Shown: positions 60,455-64,000 of the stretch, one piece after another
Numbering within the stretch: position 1 is the stretch's first letter
How the letters are laid out: each line of letters opens with the position of its first letter
DNA from: Chrysomallon squamiferum
Taxonomy: Eukaryota > Animalia > Mollusca
NCBI GenBank assembly: GCA_012295275.1
Contig: CM022665.1
Coordinates: forward strand, 45,322,001 to 45,386,000
Direction: 5' to 3'
Length of the DNA stretch: 64,000 bases
Made by a program: the position numbers and the translations under genes
Notes under the pieces: generated by a model
Databases searched by the model: none
What the model saw: only the letters and a program-made list of their open reading frames with translations
What the model was told of the DNA's origin: nothing

Positions 60455-60821
60455 AGTTACCTTTCCCTTGTCCAACAATATCCACGGAGAATATGTGGGG
60501 TCTGTTGGAGAAGATGCGACCGCGGTTGACAAAGGCTTCTTTAAACATCTTGTAACTGCTGACCACAACAACGAGTCTTCTGCCCAAATAAAAGCTGAAG
60601 ACGTCTCCGTATTTGGCACGGAACTCTTCAAACAATTTCTCCCTGTTGTGGCTAGCCACTTGAATTAAACTTCCCACGAGCGGTAACGGGGTGGGTCCCG
60701 GTGGCAGGCCCGTGGGGTACAGCTTCGCGAAAGAGGAGACGATAACAAAGACAACGGAAAAGACGGCGAAGGATGCCAGCCAGTGGACTGTCTCCGCTGT
60801 TTCTACCACACCCACCATCAT
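56119..60821 (-). CDS. Cytochrome P450, CYP2 clan, copy 2, 4 coding exons, 500 aa
   Basis: Exons 60821-60461, 60271-59750, 58699-58259, 56297-56119. Same exon lengths (361/522/441/179) and motifs as copy 1; intact. Confidence 0.95.
57055..57320. repeat. TGACGT-core minisatellite in CYP intron 3 (copy 2)
   Basis: Near-identical to 45500-45770. Confidence 0.85.
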
Positions 60822-61435
60822 GAACTGGAGAGAAATTCAGACAAGTGTTAAAATTATAAATCAGTACATTTCGAAACAGAAAAAATAAATAAATAAAAAG
60901 ACTAGTAATATTTCAGCATTAGCATTATTCTCAGAAGACGTGTATCCAAACCCATGTTTTCCAAGAGAACAACAAGGAACTAAACTGCTGTAATACACAC
61001 ATACTGTTCCTTTTTTTTTTTTTTTTTTTTTTTTTTGTTATCGCTGAACCCGTTATACTAACTATTTTCCAAGATAAGGCTAGCCTGCGTTGTATTGTTC
61101 AAGCAGCCAGTGAATCCACAATACAAGCAGAACGCGACAGTTATCTGGGCTTTTGTGAAACGAATCCGGATTACCAGGCGCATCCAATTCTCCGTCTCCC
61201 GCCGTGGAATGTGATAATGACACCTCGGTACATTCCGTTTTTTGACGTGAGGTTAATGAACATAAATTATGATAATTATTTTCTCTATTACCAGTGTCAC
61301 GTACTGTTAGTTGTCTTTACTAACTCGTTTAGACACAGTCACCGATCTATACAGGCATATACATCAGAACGTATGTACGTACGTACACACCTACTTTTAT
61401 ATATGTATACATTTCAGTCAGGCGCAATTTTAGAT

Positions 61436-61468
<33 letters not shown>

Positions 61469-63026
61469 TCTTAAATCTACGAATATCTATGGATTACTAT
61501 AATCCTGATTTTTATTATTATTATTATTATTATTATCATCATCATCATCATCATCATAATTATTATTATTATTATTTATTATTTATATTATTTATTTACT
61601 TATTATATATTTTATATTATTTTATATTATATTATATTATTTATTTATTTATTACAGAAAATAAAATAGCTTCTTCAGATTATAACCCTGTCACAATAAA
61701 CTGGTCACTGTACAGTAGCTCAAGCAGACGACAAATTAGGAGGTCACTTCATTTTGACAGCAGATGTCAGCACTAGAAGGCCCTAATTTACGCGCCATTT
61801 TTAGGCCAACGCCTCTCTTTTGATCTCTTCGCGTAAACTATCATAACTAACTAAAATGGCTGTCTTTTCTCCGTAATGTGTTATTTTCCTGTCGTCGTCA
61901 AAAGTGTACGTGTTTAGTGTGTTTTTATACTAGTTATTTGCTAAGTTATTTATCATATATTATCATGTATTATTTTACCAGCTGTTAATTTCATTTCAGT
62001 CTAAGTCCTTTTTCTTGTTATTATTAGGTATTGTTGTCTTTAGTCGCTGGTTCAGTTCTCAATAATCGTTAGATGAATGCAATTGTACGTGTAAATATGT
62101 CAAATAAATAAATAAATAAATAAATTAAATTAAATAATTATGTCGAAAGCAAAGGATGACGCGAGAAAATTATTATTAATAACTGATGCGGATCCGGGGT
62201 TGGGGGACGTCACTCGTGGCTCAAGCACCCCCCCTCCCACGTCATTTTTATGGTCTTAAAAACGTTTCGTGTTCAAAGTTAAATCCATCATAATGGTAAC
62301 ACCCCCCCCACTCCGCCTTTCTGAAATCAGTGACCCGCCCCTGAGTTACCGAGTTACCCTGTTTAAATAAAGAAACTGGTAAGTGATATCACATTTCTCT
62401 CTGTTTCTGCTTCAGGTCAAGGTGACATGTTTTCTTTGAGGATAATGTTTTAAAGATTTCGGTCAACGTCTGTAAGGGTACAGACGGGTTTGTCCCAAGC
62501 TTTGGTACACAGTTTAAGCTTTAAGTCTACACTTAGTCTACATAGATAAACTTTAAACTCATTAGCATGCAGTAGACGTAGATGTTCACCAGAGGCTTGA
62601 TAAATTCAGGATAAGCACGTTCGAGGTTGTAAGAGGAATCGATCCTACCACATTCGATCTAACCACTGAACTAGTCAGTGTAGGTGATAATAATAATAAT
62701 AAAAAAAAATGTTGTTTAATAGTCTACATCCATAAATATTTTTGCTTGAATAATTATATTTTAAAATGCAGTGTTTTAATAAATGTAAAATAATAAATAA
62801 ATAAATAAAAAGTAAAATAAAATAAAATAAAATAAAATAGAATAAAAAGTAATGATTGATGATTTTGATTATAGATGTAACACCGACTGCTGAAATAGAA
62901 GTTGTAAATGTTTTGTTTAACTAATAATAATAGTAACAGTAATAATTATAAAATTAATAATAAAATTAATAGTAATAATAATAATAATAATAAAAATAAT
63001 AACTAAATAAAAAATGATAATTTTTT

Positions 63027-63653
63027 TTAATAACGACCAAACAACTGCCAGACAAGGATGATAATGGCGACAATAACAGCCAAAAAAGCAACAACAACGA
63101 TGATAATATTTAGTGTGGTTCATTTCCTAGAAGGAAGTTACAAACATCAAAGAGAAAGAAAAAAAAAAAAAAAAAAATTTTTGAAAAAATAACACAAACA
63201 GCTCAGAAATATGAAACGTATAACAGCATTCCGAAACTAATTTTCTTTTCTCTATTATAATAATGAATGAAAGTACGGTCTGAGGTCGTTTTTTCCGCAG
63301 ACGATAAAATTATAGTTCAGTGATGCTGAAACACAAAATAGTAGTGAGTTAAAGTAATTTGGCATGCCGGTATAACCTGTTAAATATACTAATCGTTACA
63401 GCACTGGTATATTAATACCAAATTTTCAAAATTTATCTTCTCGTTGTCTCTGTGACCTCTCTCTCTCTCATCTATCTCTTTCATCAGTCTCTGTAACTAT
63501 TTCTCTCTATAACCTGTCTGTCTCTCTGGCTGTCTCGTTACAGCATTGGTATCTCTGTATCTGTTTCGCCTATTCCCTCTGTATCTCTCTCGTTCTCTCT
63601 CTCTCTCTCTCTCTCATCTCTCTCTGACTGTCTCTTTGTCTTTCTGTCTGTCA

Positions 63654-63733
<80 letters not shown>

Positions 63734-63766
63734 GTCTCTTTGTCTCTCTCTTTCTGTCTGTCTCTT

Positions 63767-63839
<73 letters not shown>

Positions 63840-64000
63840 GTTCGTTCTCACTTCTGTTGGTGTTATTTTGGTTTCTTTTACATCTGTAACTGACAAGGCA
63901 GACTATTAACGCGTTGTGGCGTCTTGCACTGACTCTGTCAGACGTACGGACAGAGACTCTGAGGGGGAAAATCCTGAATCCGGTGTGGGGAAAGTCATCA
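63027..64000 (-). other. 3' exons of the same unannotated gene, copy 2 (upstream part beyond window; status unknown)
   Basis: Exon from >64000 to 63882 is open in the visible part (DDFPHTGFRIFPLRVSVRTSDRVSARRHNALIVCLVSYR); exon 63325-63277; last exon 63126-63027 with TGA at 63122-63120 followed by an in-frame TM segment. Confidence 0.5.

Larger units (their letters stand above)
54461..64000. repeat. Tandem segmental duplication, copy 2 (runs off window)
   Basis: Collinear with 42339-52763, differing by SNPs, microsatellite lengths and several indels (e.g. lacks ~44868-45454, ~45836-45955, ~51510-51662 of copy 1). Confidence 0.93.

Overview
AT-rich, microsatellite-laden animal genomic DNA, most likely a mollusc (possibly a gastropod). 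Most entries in the ORF track are simple-repeat artefacts; the real genes are spliced and were reconstructed by hand. The left part (1 to ~35 kb) is a CpG-poor housekeeping block: SYAP1 (minus; C-terminal exons not found in the window), head-to-head PSMG1 (plus, complete, 275 aa) and ZMPSTE24 (minus, 10 exons, with a 2-nt frameshift inside a coding minisatellite). The right part (~35 to 64 kb) is CpG-richer. It holds an ankyrin-repeat/SOCS-box gene, a MITE, an intronless atypical Cys-loop (nAChR-like) subunit lacking ACh-binding loop C, and a ~12 kb tandem duplication. Each duplicate carries a complete 500-aa CYP2-clan P450 (differences cluster in the membrane anchor, SRS2 and SRS6), a TGACGT-rich intronic minisatellite, and the 3' exons of a hidden gene that the ORF track does not reveal. 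That gene's splice-predicted frame runs through one TGA into a C-terminal transmembrane tail. All alignments and counts were done by eye.
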